DNA of 64,000 nt from Vicinamibacterales bacterium (GCA_030680175.1 JAUXWO010000049.1:10873-74872), one strand, 5' to 3'; counted from the first letter of the stretch, positions 25,511 through 34,836 are shown. Made by a program: numbers and translations. Notes: generated by a model not told the origin, from the letters alone.

Positions 25511-26457
25511 CGGACACGCGCATCGCCTCGCACGGGTGGATTCGTCCACGACGCCTCGCCCACGGCGCGCGGCTGGCGGTGGTGGCGCCAGCCAGTCCAT
25601 TTCGTCGCGAGGAGTTCGAGGCGGGGGTCCAGGAACTCGCGGGGCTTGGCTTCGAGACGGTCTACGACGACCGGGTCTTCGCGCGGGACGGCTTCGTCGC
25701 CGGCGATCCGGCGCTGCGCGCACGCGCGCTCGCAGACGCCTGGCAGGACCCTGCCATCGACGGCATCATCTCGGTGCGCGGGGGCTACGGCAGCGCGCAG
25801 TTGCTGCCGCGGCTCGATCCCGACCTGCCGCGTCGTCATCCGAAGGTCTTCATTGGCTACAGTGACGTCACGAGCCTGCTGGCCTGGCACCTGGCGGCTG
25901 GTGTCATCTGCTTTCACGGCCCCATGCTCGAGGGGCGGCTCGCGCGCGGGGCGGCGGGATACGACCGCGCCTCGCTGGTGGCCGCGACGATGAACGCGGC
26001 GCCGATGGGGCGTCTGGCTCCGGACGGGCTGGCGGTACTACGGGCGGGGGATGCCTCGGGCGTGCTCGTCGGGGGGACACTGACGCAGCTGGCCGCGTCG
26101 CTGGGAACCCCCTGGGCCTTCAACCCGCCCGAGGGCTGTCTGCTGTTTCTCGAGGACGTGGGGGAGCGGCCGTACCGCCTCGACCGGCTGCTCCTGCAAC
26201 TCGAGCAGGCGGGCGTGCTCGCGACGGTGGCCGGCGTGCTGCTCGGCGAGTTCCCCGGCTGTGACGAGCCTGACGGCGCGGTCACGGCGCGCGAGGTCCT
26301 GCGGGCGCGCCTGGCGGCCGTCTCCGGCCCGGTGGTGTTCGGCTTTCCCTCCGGCCACACGGCCGGACCCTCGTGGACGCTGCCGCTTGGCGTACGCGCG
26401 CGCCTGGACGCGGGCGCGGCGCCGGCGGTGGTCATTGAAGAGGCGGCGGTTGTCTGA
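25507..26457 (+). CDS. ldcA: LD-carboxypeptidase (peptidase S66, muramoyltetrapeptide carboxypeptidase)
   Basis: VVAPASPF..., IISVRGGYGSAQLLP, FIGYSDVTSLL, LEDVGERPYRLDR, GFPSGH. The GTG overlaps the nagZ stop. Confidence 0.85.
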   Translation: MTDTRIASHGWIRPRRLAHGARLAVVAPASPFRREEFEAGVQELAGLGFETVYDDRVFARDGFVAGDPALRARALADAWQDPAIDGIISVRGGYGSAQLLPRLDPDLPRRHPKVFIGYSDVTSLLAWHLAAGVICFHGPMLEGRLARGAAGYDRASLVAATMNAAPMGRLAPDGLAVLRAGDASGVLVGGTLTQLAASLGTPWAFNPPEGCLLFLEDVGERPYRLDRLLLQLEQAGVLATVAGVLLGEFPGCDEPDGAVTAREVLRARLAAVSGPVVFGFPSGHTAGPSWTLPLGVRARLDAGAAPAVVIEEAAVV

Positions 26458-26458
26458 G

Positions 26459-27853
26459 ATGCGGCGAGTGCACCTGATCGGTGTCTGCGGGACCGCGATG
26501 GCCACACTGGCCGCGCTCCTCAAGCAGCGCGGCTGGACCGTGAGCGGCTCGGACGAGCACGTGTATCCGCCGATGAGCGACTTCCTCGCGGCCGAGGGGA
26601 TCACGACGCTCGAAGGCTACAGCGCCGCGCACATCACTGCCGATCTCGACCTCGTGGTCGTCGGCAACGCCATCTCACGGGGCAACCCGGAGATCGAGGC
26701 CGTGCTCGACCGGCGAGTGCGGTATGCGTCGCTGCCCGAGACGCTGCGCGATCAGTTTCTCTGGGACGCGACGTCGATCGTCATTGCCGGCACGCACGGC
26801 AAGACCACGACCACGTCGATGGCCGGATGGCTCCTCACGGCCGGCGGCGCCGACCCGACCGTGCTCATCGGCGGCATCGCGCGCAACTTCGGCGCCTCGG
26901 GGTCGAGCTACCGTCTCGGGGGAGGCCCCGCGTTCGTCATCGAGGGCGACGAGTACGACAGCGCCTTCTTCGACAAGACCGCGAAGTTCCTGAAGTACCT
27001 CCCGCAGGTGGCCGTCATCAACAACATCGAGTTCGATCACGCGGACATCTATGCCGATCTCGATGCCGTGCGGCTTGCCTTCCGCCGGCTGGTGAACCTC
27101 GTGCCCGCCGGGGGGCTGACCCTCATCGGGAGCGACAGCCCGGAGGCCAGGGCGCTCGTGCCGCTCGCGCGGAGCGCCGTGCAGACGTTCGGCCTCGAGC
27201 CCGGCGCCGACTGGCACGCGACCGGCGTGCGCGTGGAGGCCGGCGGCACCCGGTTCGCCGTGGCACACGACGGGCGCGCGTTCGGCGAGTTCCGCATGGC
27301 GATGATCGGCGAGCACAACCTCAGGAATGCGCTCGCGGCGATCGCGGTGGGTGCGCACAGCGGCCTGACGGCCGGGGCCATGGCCGAGGGCCTGGCATCA
27401 TTTGCCGGCGTGAAGCGGCGCCTCGAGGTCGTCGGCGTCAAGCGGGGCGTGACGGTCTACGACGACTTCGCGCATCATCCGACCGCCGTGGACGAGACGC
27501 TGGCCGCGATGCGCGCGGCGCATCCGGGCCGGCGCCTGTGGGCCGTCTTCGAGCCGCGCTCGGCCTCGTCGTGCCGGCGGGTGTTCCAGGAGGCCTTCGC
27601 CCGGGCGTTCCTCAAGGCCGACGAGGTCCTGCTGGCGTCGGTGTACCGCGGCACGTTACCGGACGCCGAACGCCTGTCGGAGTCCGCCCTCGTGGCGGCC
27701 GTGAACGACGGCGGCGGCCGGGCCCGGCACGTGCCGACCGTCGACGAGATCGTGGCGCTGCTGTCGCGCGAGGGCGCCGAGGGCGATCTCGTGGTCATCA
27801 TGTCCAATGGCGGGTTCGGCGGCATCCACCGGCGCCTGCTGGAGGCCCTGTAG
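26459..27853 (+). CDS. mpl: UDP-N-acetylmuramate:L-Ala-gamma-D-Glu-meso-DAP ligase
   Basis: MRRVHLIGVCGTAMATLAALLKQRGWTVSGSD, IAGTHGKTTTTSM, EGDEYDSAFFDK, DDFAHHPTA. Confidence 0.85.
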   Translation: MRRVHLIGVCGTAMATLAALLKQRGWTVSGSDEHVYPPMSDFLAAEGITTLEGYSAAHITADLDLVVVGNAISRGNPEIEAVLDRRVRYASLPETLRDQFLWDATSIVIAGTHGKTTTTSMAGWLLTAGGADPTVLIGGIARNFGASGSSYRLGGGPAFVIEGDEYDSAFFDKTAKFLKYLPQVAVINNIEFDHADIYADLDAVRLAFRRLVNLVPAGGLTLIGSDSPEARALVPLARSAVQTFGLEPGADWHATGVRVEAGGTRFAVAHDGRAFGEFRMAMIGEHNLRNALAAIAVGAHSGLTAGAMAEGLASFAGVKRRLEVVGVKRGVTVYDDFAHHPTAVDETLAAMRAAHPGRRLWAVFEPRSASSCRRVFQEAFARAFLKADEVLLASVYRGTLPDAERLSESALVAAVNDGGGRARHVPTVDEIVALLSREGAEGDLVVIMSNGGFGGIHRRLLEAL

Positions 27854-27856
27854 GCG

Positions 27857-28570
27857 GTGGACGCGCTTCGTCCGCGGCTGCGCTTCTCCGGAGACACCCT
27901 GCTCCTCGTGGAGTTCGGCGACCGGATCGATCCGGCGATCAACCGCCAGGCGGTGCGCGTGGCGGCGGCCATCGGCCGCGCGCAGCTGGCGGGCGTGCGC
28001 GACATCGTCCCGGCATACACGACCGTCGGAATCCACTTCGATCCCCTGCAGACGGATCTCGAGGCCGTGGAACGGACGATCGTGGAGGCGGTGACGGCAC
28101 TCGACCAGACCACGGAACCGGCGCCACGCGTGGTCGAGATCCCCGTCTGCTACGGCGGCGCGCACGGGCCGGATCTGGATGAGGTCGCGCGATGGGCGGG
28201 ACTGACGGCTGAAGAGGTCGTGCAGCGCCATGTCGAGCGGACCTACCGCGTCTACATGCTGGGCTTCGTGCCGGGGTTCGCGTACATGGCGCGCGTGGAT
28301 CCTGTCATCGCCGTCCCGCGCCACCGGACACCACGCGAACGTGTGGCGGCCGGGGCCGTCGGCATCGCCGGCGAGCAGACCGGGGTGTACCCGATGGCGG
28401 CGCCTGGCGGATGGCATGTGATCGGGCGCACACCGCTTCGGATGTTCACCCCCGGGGCGGCGTTGCCCAGCCGCTGCATGCCCGGCGACGAGGTGCGGTT
28501 CGTGCGGCTGTCGTCGGCCGAGTTCGCCGAGCGCGCGCTGGCGATCGACGGCATCGGGGTGGCGCGATGA
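27857..28570 (+). CDS. pxpB: 5-oxoprolinase subunit B (allophanate hydrolase subunit 1 / KipI family)
   Basis: VPAYTTVGIHFDP, IPVCYGG, YRVYMLGFVPGFAYM, AGEQTGVYP..PGGWHVIGRTP. Confidence 0.85.
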   Translation: MDALRPRLRFSGDTLLLVEFGDRIDPAINRQAVRVAAAIGRAQLAGVRDIVPAYTTVGIHFDPLQTDLEAVERTIVEAVTALDQTTEPAPRVVEIPVCYGGAHGPDLDEVARWAGLTAEEVVQRHVERTYRVYMLGFVPGFAYMARVDPVIAVPRHRTPRERVAAGAVGIAGEQTGVYPMAAPGGWHVIGRTPLRMFTPGAALPSRCMPGDEVRFVRLSSAEFAERALAIDGIGVAR

Positions 28571-29511
28571 CCGGCGTCATCATCGCGCGCCCGGGACTCC
28601 TGTCCACGGTGCAGGACCTGGGACGATGGGGCAGCCAGGCGGTCGGCATGCCGGTGGCGGGTCCGATGGACGTGTACGCCCATCGCCTCGCGAACCTGCT
28701 CGTGGGAAATCCGCCGTCGCTGGCCACGATCGAGGCGACGCTCATCGGCCCGGAGTTGATCTTCGAGCGGGGGAGTGTCGTGGCCATCACCGGTGCGGAC
28801 TTCGACGTCACGCTCGACGGGGCCGCCGTGCCCCACACCGCGTCGTTCCGCGTCCGTGAGGGCCAGCATCTCCGCTTCGGGCGGCGCCGGCTGGGCACGC
28901 GGGCCTACATCGGCGTGGCCGGCGGGTTCGAGACGCCGATCGTTGCGGGCAGCCGCGCGACGAGCCTCGTCGCGCACCTGGGTGGCCATGAGGGACGGGC
29001 GCTGCAGGCCGGAGATCGACTGCCGCTCGGTGTGCCGGTCGAGGGACCGGTCCGGCACCGGCGGGGCGCGGGGCTGACGCTGGCGACGGGCACCACCATC
29101 CTCCGCGTGATGGCCGGACCGCAGGAGGAGTGGTTCGGGCCGGCGGCTCTCGACATCCTGCGCCACGGCGTGTTCCGGGTGTCACCGCGATCGAACCGGA
29201 TGGGGTACCGCCTCGAGGGCGCGTCCATTCCGCGCAGCACCGGGGAGGAGCCGATCTCAGAGCCCGTGCCGATGGGGGCGATCCAGGTCCCGCCGGCCGG
29301 CGACCCGATTCTGCTCATGGCCGACCGCCAGACGGCCGGGGGGTACCCGAAGATCGCGACCGTCATCAGCGCCGATTTGCCGCTCGCGGGCCAGCTGGCG
29401 CCTGGGGATCTCGTGGGCCTGCGGATCTGCACCCGTCACGAGGCGCTCACCGCCCTCATCGCACGCGAACGACAGGTTCTGCACGTCACCGACACGGGGC
29501 CACTGCCGTGA
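28567..29511 (+). CDS. pxpC: 5-oxoprolinase subunit C (allophanate hydrolase subunit 2 / KipA family)
   Basis: GLLSTVQDLGRWG.Q..G.P.AGPMD, SNRMGYRLEG, GAIQVPPAGDPILLMADRQTAGGYPKIATVI. Overlapping ATGA start. Confidence 0.85.
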   Translation: MTGVIIARPGLLSTVQDLGRWGSQAVGMPVAGPMDVYAHRLANLLVGNPPSLATIEATLIGPELIFERGSVVAITGADFDVTLDGAAVPHTASFRVREGQHLRFGRRRLGTRAYIGVAGGFETPIVAGSRATSLVAHLGGHEGRALQAGDRLPLGVPVEGPVRHRRGAGLTLATGTTILRVMAGPQEEWFGPAALDILRHGVFRVSPRSNRMGYRLEGASIPRSTGEEPISEPVPMGAIQVPPAGDPILLMADRQTAGGYPKIATVISADLPLAGQLAPGDLVGLRICTRHEALTALIARERQVLHVTDTGPLP

Positions 29512-30449
29512 CATCGCTTGTGGGAACCCTGACGGCCATCGTGGGGGCCGAGGCCGTCACGACGGATGCACCGCTCGCGCCGCTCACGACCTTCAAGGTA
29601 GGGGGGCCGGCGGACGTGCTCGTCGAGCCGGCCACCGCCGACCAGGTCGCCGCCGTCGTCAAGGCGGCCCGCGAGGCCGGGGTCCCCGTCACCTTGCTCG
29701 GTGGCGGCTCGAACGTGCTCGTGTCGGACCGCGGCATCCGCGGCGTCGTGCTGCGTCCGAGACGGGGCGAGGTGCGGCCACTCGGGCCGGCGCTCGTCCG
29801 CGCGGACGCGGCCGTGACGATCAACGGGCTCGTGCGCTGGACGATCGCGCGCGGGCTGGCGGGGCTCGAGGCGTGGGCGGGGACGCCGGGCACGGTCGGA
29901 GGCGCCATCCACGGCAATGCGCACTGGCGGCAGACCAACATCGGCGATCTCGTGGACTCGGTGCGGCTGCTCCGTCTCGACGGGACCGTGCTGCAGGTGC
30001 CTGCGGATCGGATGGCGTTCGACTACGACCAGAGCCGGATCCAGCAGACACACGAGATCGTGCTCTGGGCCGCGTTCCGCGTCACGCCGGGCGCCGATCC
30101 CGCGGCGCTGCGTGAGACGGCCCGCGCCTCCCTCGCGTTCCGCAAGCGGACGCAGCCGCTCGCCTCGCCGAGCGCCGGGTGCATCTTCCAGAATCCGAAC
30201 ACCGCTCGGGACGCCGTGCCCGAGGGCATCCCCGCGTCGGCGGGCGCGCTGATCGATCGGGCCGGACTCAAGGGGCGGGCGATCGGCGGCGCGTCCGTCT
30301 CGACGGCCCACGCCAACTTCATCGTGAACGACGGCACGGCGACCGCCGCCGGGATCCGGGCGCTCGTCACGCTGTGCCGTGATACGGTCAGGGAGCGCTT
30401 CGGCGTGACCCTGCGCGACGAGATCGTGATGCTCGGGGACTGGGCCTAG
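29508..30449 (+). CDS. murB: UDP-N-acetylenolpyruvoylglucosamine reductase
   Basis: PLAPLTTFKVGGPADVLVEP, LLGGGSNVLVSD, GTPGTVGGAIHGNA, SAGCIFQNP, HANFIVN. The GTG overlaps the pxpC stop. Confidence 0.9.
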   Translation: MTSLVGTLTAIVGAEAVTTDAPLAPLTTFKVGGPADVLVEPATADQVAAVVKAAREAGVPVTLLGGGSNVLVSDRGIRGVVLRPRRGEVRPLGPALVRADAAVTINGLVRWTIARGLAGLEAWAGTPGTVGGAIHGNAHWRQTNIGDLVDSVRLLRLDGTVLQVPADRMAFDYDQSRIQQTHEIVLWAAFRVTPGADPAALRETARASLAFRKRTQPLASPSAGCIFQNPNTARDAVPEGIPASAGALIDRAGLKGRAIGGASVSTAHANFIVNDGTATAAGIRALVTLCRDTVRERFGVTLRDEIVMLGDWA

Positions 30450-30614
30450 TGTCCTGGAACGGTGATTCGTCACACAATTCCCGGGCGGGGCATCCCGGCT
30501 GGCGGCGTTGCTCCTCCCTCAAATACGCCCAGTATTCTCGGTCGTCGCGCCTTTCCATCCGGGCGCCGCGCTCCGGGACTTGTGCAACGAATCACGGTTC
30601 CAAGACACTAGGCC
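30443..30614. mobile_element. MITE-like 172-bp element with 35-bp imperfect terminal inverted repeats containing CTAG
   Basis: Left arm 30443-30477: GGCCTAGTGTCCTGGAACGGTGATTCGTCACACAA. The reverse complement of 30580-30614 is GGCCTAGTGTCTTGGAACCGTGATTCGTTGCACAA, matching at 31 of 35 positions. The murB stop TAG (30447-30449) lies inside the left arm. No transposase is present. Confidence 0.6.
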
Positions 30615-30636
30615 AGCATCGCCGCACGGAATCCTT

Positions 30637-31890
30637 ATGTCCAAGCTGATCATTGAAGGCGGCCACCGTCTCGAGGGGCGCATCGAGGTCGAGGGCAACA
30701 AGAACGCCGCCCTGCCGCTCATCGCGGCGTGCCTGCTGACGGACGAGACGTGCGTGCTCGAGAACGTGCCGCGCATCGCCGACGTGGAGGTGATGGCGCG
30801 CCTGCTCATCGATCTCGGCGCAGAGGTCGAGGGCATCGGCACGACCACCCTCCGGATCACATGCGCCCATGTCAGCAAGGACGAACCCGATCGGGCCCTC
30901 GTCGGACGGCTGCGCGGCTCGGTGTTGCTGCTCGGTCCACTCCTGGCGCGGCGTGGCCGCGCGCATGTGGCGCCCCCGGGCGGTGACTTTCCGGCGCGCC
31001 GGACCATCCGCACCCACCTCGAGGCGCTGCAGGCGATGGGCGCCCGGGTGTTACCCGGGGAGGGCCATCGGCTGGAAGTGCCGGACGGCCTGCGGCCGGC
31101 GTCGCTCTACCTCGACGAGGCCTCGGTGACCGGCACCGAGACCGCGCTCCTCGCGGCGGCGGCGGCGCCCGGGGTTTCGGAGATCCGCCACGCGGCCTGC
31201 GAGCCGCACGTGGTCGAACTCTGCGAGTTCCTGCAGGCCATGGGCGCCGGGGTGACGGGCGCGGGGTCGCACACCATTCGCGTGGAGGGGGGCGGACGCC
31301 TCGGCGGCGCGCGGCGCACGCTCTTCGGCGACTACATCGAGGCCGGCAGCTGGGCCGTCGTCGGGGCCATCACGCGGGGCGAGGTCGAGATTCGCGGTGC
31401 GCGTGCCGTGGACATGGAGGTCGTCGCCGCCGTGCTGCGCAAGATGCGCTGTGAGTCGCGGTTCGAGGACGGCGTCTTCCGCATCATCCCGTCGAGCCTC
31501 GTTGGCGCGGGGCGCATCACGACGGGGTTGTGGCCGGGGTTCCCGAGCGACCTCGTGAGCCTGGTCACCGTGCTGGCGACGCAGGCCGAGGGCGCCACGC
31601 TCGTGCATGACTGGCTCTACGAACTGCGGCTCTTCGCGCTCGAGCAGATGAGCGGCATGGGCGCGGACCTGTTTCTGTGCGACCCGCATCGCATCATCGT
31701 GACCGGGCCCGCGCGACTGCGCGGGAAGTCGCTCGACAGCCGCGACATCCGCTCGGGGATGGCACTGATCGCCGCCGCGCTGGCCGCGGAAGGGGTGAGC
31801 GAGGTCGAGCCGCTCGAGACGGTGGAGCGGGGATACAGCCGGCTGGTTGAACGCCTGACCGCACTCGGCGCCAGGGTCAGCCGCGAATAG
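30637..31890 (+). CDS. murA: UDP-N-acetylglucosamine 1-carboxyvinyltransferase
   Basis: MSKLIIEGGHRLEGRIEVEGNKNAALPLIAACLL..., GGDFPARRTI (a Cys-to-Asp type active-site loop is possible), RGYSRLVERLTALGA. Confidence 0.93.
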   Translation: MSKLIIEGGHRLEGRIEVEGNKNAALPLIAACLLTDETCVLENVPRIADVEVMARLLIDLGAEVEGIGTTTLRITCAHVSKDEPDRALVGRLRGSVLLLGPLLARRGRAHVAPPGGDFPARRTIRTHLEALQAMGARVLPGEGHRLEVPDGLRPASLYLDEASVTGTETALLAAAAAPGVSEIRHAACEPHVVELCEFLQAMGAGVTGAGSHTIRVEGGGRLGGARRTLFGDYIEAGSWAVVGAITRGEVEIRGARAVDMEVVAAVLRKMRCESRFEDGVFRIIPSSLVGAGRITTGLWPGFPSDLVSLVTVLATQAEGATLVHDWLYELRLFALEQMSGMGADLFLCDPHRIIVTGPARLRGKSLDSRDIRSGMALIAAALAAEGVSEVEPLETVERGYSRLVERLTALGARVSRE

Positions 31891-31918
31891 ACTCGCGCTT
31901 CGCGCTCGCTGCCGGAAT

Positions 31919-32157
31919 CATCCGCGGATTACACGGATTTCACGGATGGTTCGGCGGCGCCGTGCGGTCCCGCGGCTGCCAGTCGCAGACTGGCAGCGCC
32001 GACGGGATCGGAACGCCGCGAGCGTGAGCCCGCAAGGCTCCCACATGGCTCACGCTCGCGGCGTTCCGGTCACGTCGAAGCGGCCTTCGGCCGCGCCGCG
32101 GGACCGCACCCCACGCCGCAGGCGGATGCATCTGCGTAATCTGCGTAATCTGTGGAT
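31919..32157. repeat. Nested compound palindrome between the convergent murA and secretin genes
   Basis: The outer arms are built of about 9-bp repeats (ACACGGATT/TCACGGATG versus TAATCTGCG x2). A 14-bp perfect stem pairs 31962-31975 with 32096-32109. Hairpin CTGCCAGTC-GCA-GACTGGCAG sits at 31976-31996. A 21-bp perfect stem pairs 32010-32030 with 32047-32067. Confidence 0.9.
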
Positions 32158-32179
32158 AGACCAGAGGCGTTCGCCGGTG

Positions 32180-33937
32180 TCAGCGCGCGCCGCCGCCGGG
32201 GGGACGGGCCGGCTGCTGGGGCGGCACCGCCAGCTCGATCGGGGATGCGCTGCCCTCGCCACCGACGCGGAACGGACGGAGGTCCTCTTCGGTCAGATCG
32301 AGGACGCGCACGATCCGCGGCGTGAGCGTGAGGATGATGTCGGTCTCCTGGGTCTCGCGGCGTGAGTGCGCGAACAGCCGGCCAAGAATCGGGATATCGC
32401 TCAGCCCCGGCACGCCCGCCAGCACCTGGCGCTCATCATCGCGGATGAGGCCGGCCAGCATGTTCGTCTCGCCGTCGCGCAGGCGGATCACGGTGTTGAT
32501 GGCGCGGCTGCCGAAGGTGGGCAGGCCGCCGAAGCCCGTGCCCGAGATGCTGCTCACCTCCACCTGCACCGCCAGCGACACCTCGTCGTCGTGATGCGTG
32601 CGCGGCGTGATGTCGATGTTCACGCCGATGTTCTCGTAGTTGAACGACGTGATGGGCTGCGTCTGCACGCCGCCGGCGGCAATCGGCGCGAAGGTGGTGA
32701 CCGGCACGGGCACCCGCTCCCCGAAGCGGGCCTGCGCGGCCGTCCCTTCCGTGGCGCGCAGCTGCGGGTTGGCCAGCGTCCGCGTGTTGCCGTCGTTCTT
32801 CAGCAGCCGGTAGTAGAGGTTCGGCAGGTTCGTGAGCAGGATGTCGGCCTGCGTCAGGTTCCGCAGATCCCGCAGGGAGAGGTCGTCGCGGTTGACACCC
32901 GCCGCGCCGCTGATCCCGGTCGGGCTCGCCGACGAGGGGGAGGCGATCTGCAGTCCGTACTCGCGCAGCCGGGTGCGGTCGACTTCGAGCAGCTCGACGT
33001 CGATCACGACCTCGGGCCGCGCCTTGTCGACGGCCTGGATGATGCGCGCGGCGGCGGCCACGCGTTCCGGCGTGTCCTTGATGGTGATCGCGTTGGTCGC
33101 CGAGATGGGCGACAGCCGGCGCGCGTCGACGACGATGCGGAGGAGGTCGATGGTCTCCTTGAGATCGGCGTTGCTCAGGTAGAAGGTGCGCACGACCTCC
33201 TCCTCGTACTCGCGGCGCTTGGCGGGCGTGTCGGGGATGATGGCAATCGCGCGCGGCGAGGTCACGCGCCAGAACGTCTGCGTGCTCGCCGCCAGCGTGT
33301 TCAGCGCTTCGGCGAGCGGCGCCTTGCGCAGGTCAATGGAGACGCGCTGGTCCCGGAACGCCGGGTCGAAGACGATGCTGAGATCGGCAAAGCGGGCGAT
33401 GACCGTGAAGATGTCGCGTGCGCCGGCCTCGCGGAAGACCAGCGAGTCGGGCAGGCTGACATCGGCCGGCAGTTCGTTGCCCGGCAGCGGGGCATTGAGG
33501 CTCTGCGCGATCAAGGTCTCGAGGCGGGTCCGGCCCCGTACGGCGATCTTCGTGCGGAGCTGCGCACGCGTGTACTCGAGTTCGGCCTCGATCTCGCCAC
33601 TGGCCGGGTTCAGTTCGGCGGCGAGCTGGTACGCGATGAGCGCCTCGTCGGCGCGGCCTTCGCGCGCGAGCCGGCGGCCGCGGCTGAAGTGCGCCTGCGC
33701 GGAGAGAAGCTTGGCGCGTTCGAGGGACGCGCGGGCGTGCCGGTCGCCCGGGCGCTCGCGCAGGATCTTCGTGTACTCCACGACGGCACGGTCGTAGTCC
33801 TCACCCTGCTCGGCCACCTGCGCGTTGCGCAGGGCGCCCGACGCGGCGCAGCCCGTCCCGAGCGTCGCCAGGGCGACGAGGAGGGCGGCGAGGAGGGCGC
33901 GGCTAGCGGGGTGGTGCGGCATGCGTGATGACATCAA
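32180..33937 (-). CDS. Secretin-family outer-membrane channel with an N-terminal TPR region and a Cys-containing signal peptide
   Basis: The signal peptide ends ...ALATLGTGCAAS. TPR-like: YDRAVVEYTKILRERPGDRHARASLERAKLL...ALIAYQLAAELNP. N-domains: VVRTFYLSNADLKETIDLL...ITIKDTPERVAAAARIIQAVDK. Secretin core: ANPQLRATEGTAAQARFGERVPV..., GLIRDDERQVLAGVPGLSDIPILGRLF. The start is ambiguous (33937, 33934 or 33922). Confidence 0.8.
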   Translation of the reverse strand: MMSSRMPHHPASRALLAALLVALATLGTGCAASGALRNAQVAEQGEDYDRAVVEYTKILRERPGDRHARASLERAKLLSAQAHFSRGRRLAREGRADEALIAYQLAAELNPASGEIEAELEYTRAQLRTKIAVRGRTRLETLIAQSLNAPLPGNELPADVSLPDSLVFREAGARDIFTVIARFADLSIVFDPAFRDQRVSIDLRKAPLAEALNTLAASTQTFWRVTSPRAIAIIPDTPAKRREYEEEVVRTFYLSNADLKETIDLLRIVVDARRLSPISATNAITIKDTPERVAAAARIIQAVDKARPEVVIDVELLEVDRTRLREYGLQIASPSSASPTGISGAAGVNRDDLSLRDLRNLTQADILLTNLPNLYYRLLKNDGNTRTLANPQLRATEGTAAQARFGERVPVPVTTFAPIAAGGVQTQPITSFNYENIGVNIDITPRTHHDDEVSLAVQVEVSSISGTGFGGLPTFGSRAINTVIRLRDGETNMLAGLIRDDERQVLAGVPGLSDIPILGRLFAHSRRETQETDIILTLTPRIVRVLDLTEEDLRPFRVGGEGSASPIELAVPPQQPARPPGGGAR

Positions 33938-34559
33938 CTCCGCGGGGGACCTGGAATTCGAAGATCTTATCGGCCAGACCGCGGTTTTCCTTCACGTTCG
34001 TGAAGGTAAAGGTCGAGCGGCCCCCCTGCCGGTCCGCGGCTTCCAGGTAGCGCACCTGCAGGGACCGAGGGTCGAGGCCGAGCGTCATGGAGGTGTAGTC
34101 CGGATCGTCACCGCGTGGCAGGAGGCGGAGGCCCAGCAGGCCGGGTGCGGTAGCGGGCAGTTCCGTGAAGCTCGGCGTGAAATCCCGCGTGAGCCGGCCG
34201 CGCCCGCTGAGCAGCAGCGCCGGCGTGGTCTGATCGTCATCAGGCAGGGGCGCCACGATGACCTGCTTGTCGGCGGGGATGTAGGAGTAGATCCGCGTAC
34301 CGTCGGAGACGAACTCCTTGCGCTCCGGGCTCGTGTACACCCAGCGCATCCGGCCGGGACGCTTCATGCTGACGGTGCCGCGTTCGGTGGTGCGAGTCCG
34401 AAGGACGCCGCCTTCGTAGCTCTGGGAGAAGTCGGCCTCGAAGTCCGCCAGCGTGTCCAGACGGGCCTGCACCTGATCGGCCAGGGCCTGCGGGGAGCGC
34501 GCCGGCGCCTGGGCGCCGAGCGTCACGCCGCACGCGAGGAGGAGGGTCAGGAGCCTCAT
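33903..34559 (-). CDS. lolA: Outer-membrane lipoprotein carrier protein LolA
   Basis: A signal peptide, then FEADFSQSYEGGVLRTRTTERGTVSMKRPGRMRWVYTSPERKEFVSDGTRIYSYIP. Its 3' end overlaps the secretin start by 20-35 nt. Confidence 0.8.
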   Translation of the reverse strand: MRLLTLLLACGVTLGAQAPARSPQALADQVQARLDTLADFEADFSQSYEGGVLRTRTTERGTVSMKRPGRMRWVYTSPERKEFVSDGTRIYSYIPADKQVIVAPLPDDDQTTPALLLSGRGRLTRDFTPSFTELPATAPGLLGLRLLPRGDDPDYTSMTLGLDPRSLQVRYLEAADRQGGRSTFTFTNVKENRGLADKIFEFQVPRGVDVITHAAPPR

Positions 34560-34734
34560 GGTGATTTAGACGCCCGCCGCACGCGGGGGAGTCTTCACGA
34601 TAGCACCTATCTGGTGCGGACGGCCGGGGGCCGCGTGTCGCGCCTCCGCGGGCGGCCCGGGCGGCTGATTCCTCGAATTGCTGTGCTATACTCGGTATTC
34701 TGTGGGTGCGCGGCTGGCGCCCGCAGATGCACGA

Positions 34735-34810
<76 letters not shown>

Positions 34811-34836
34811 TCATCGTGCCCTCGACGGCCTCGTCG

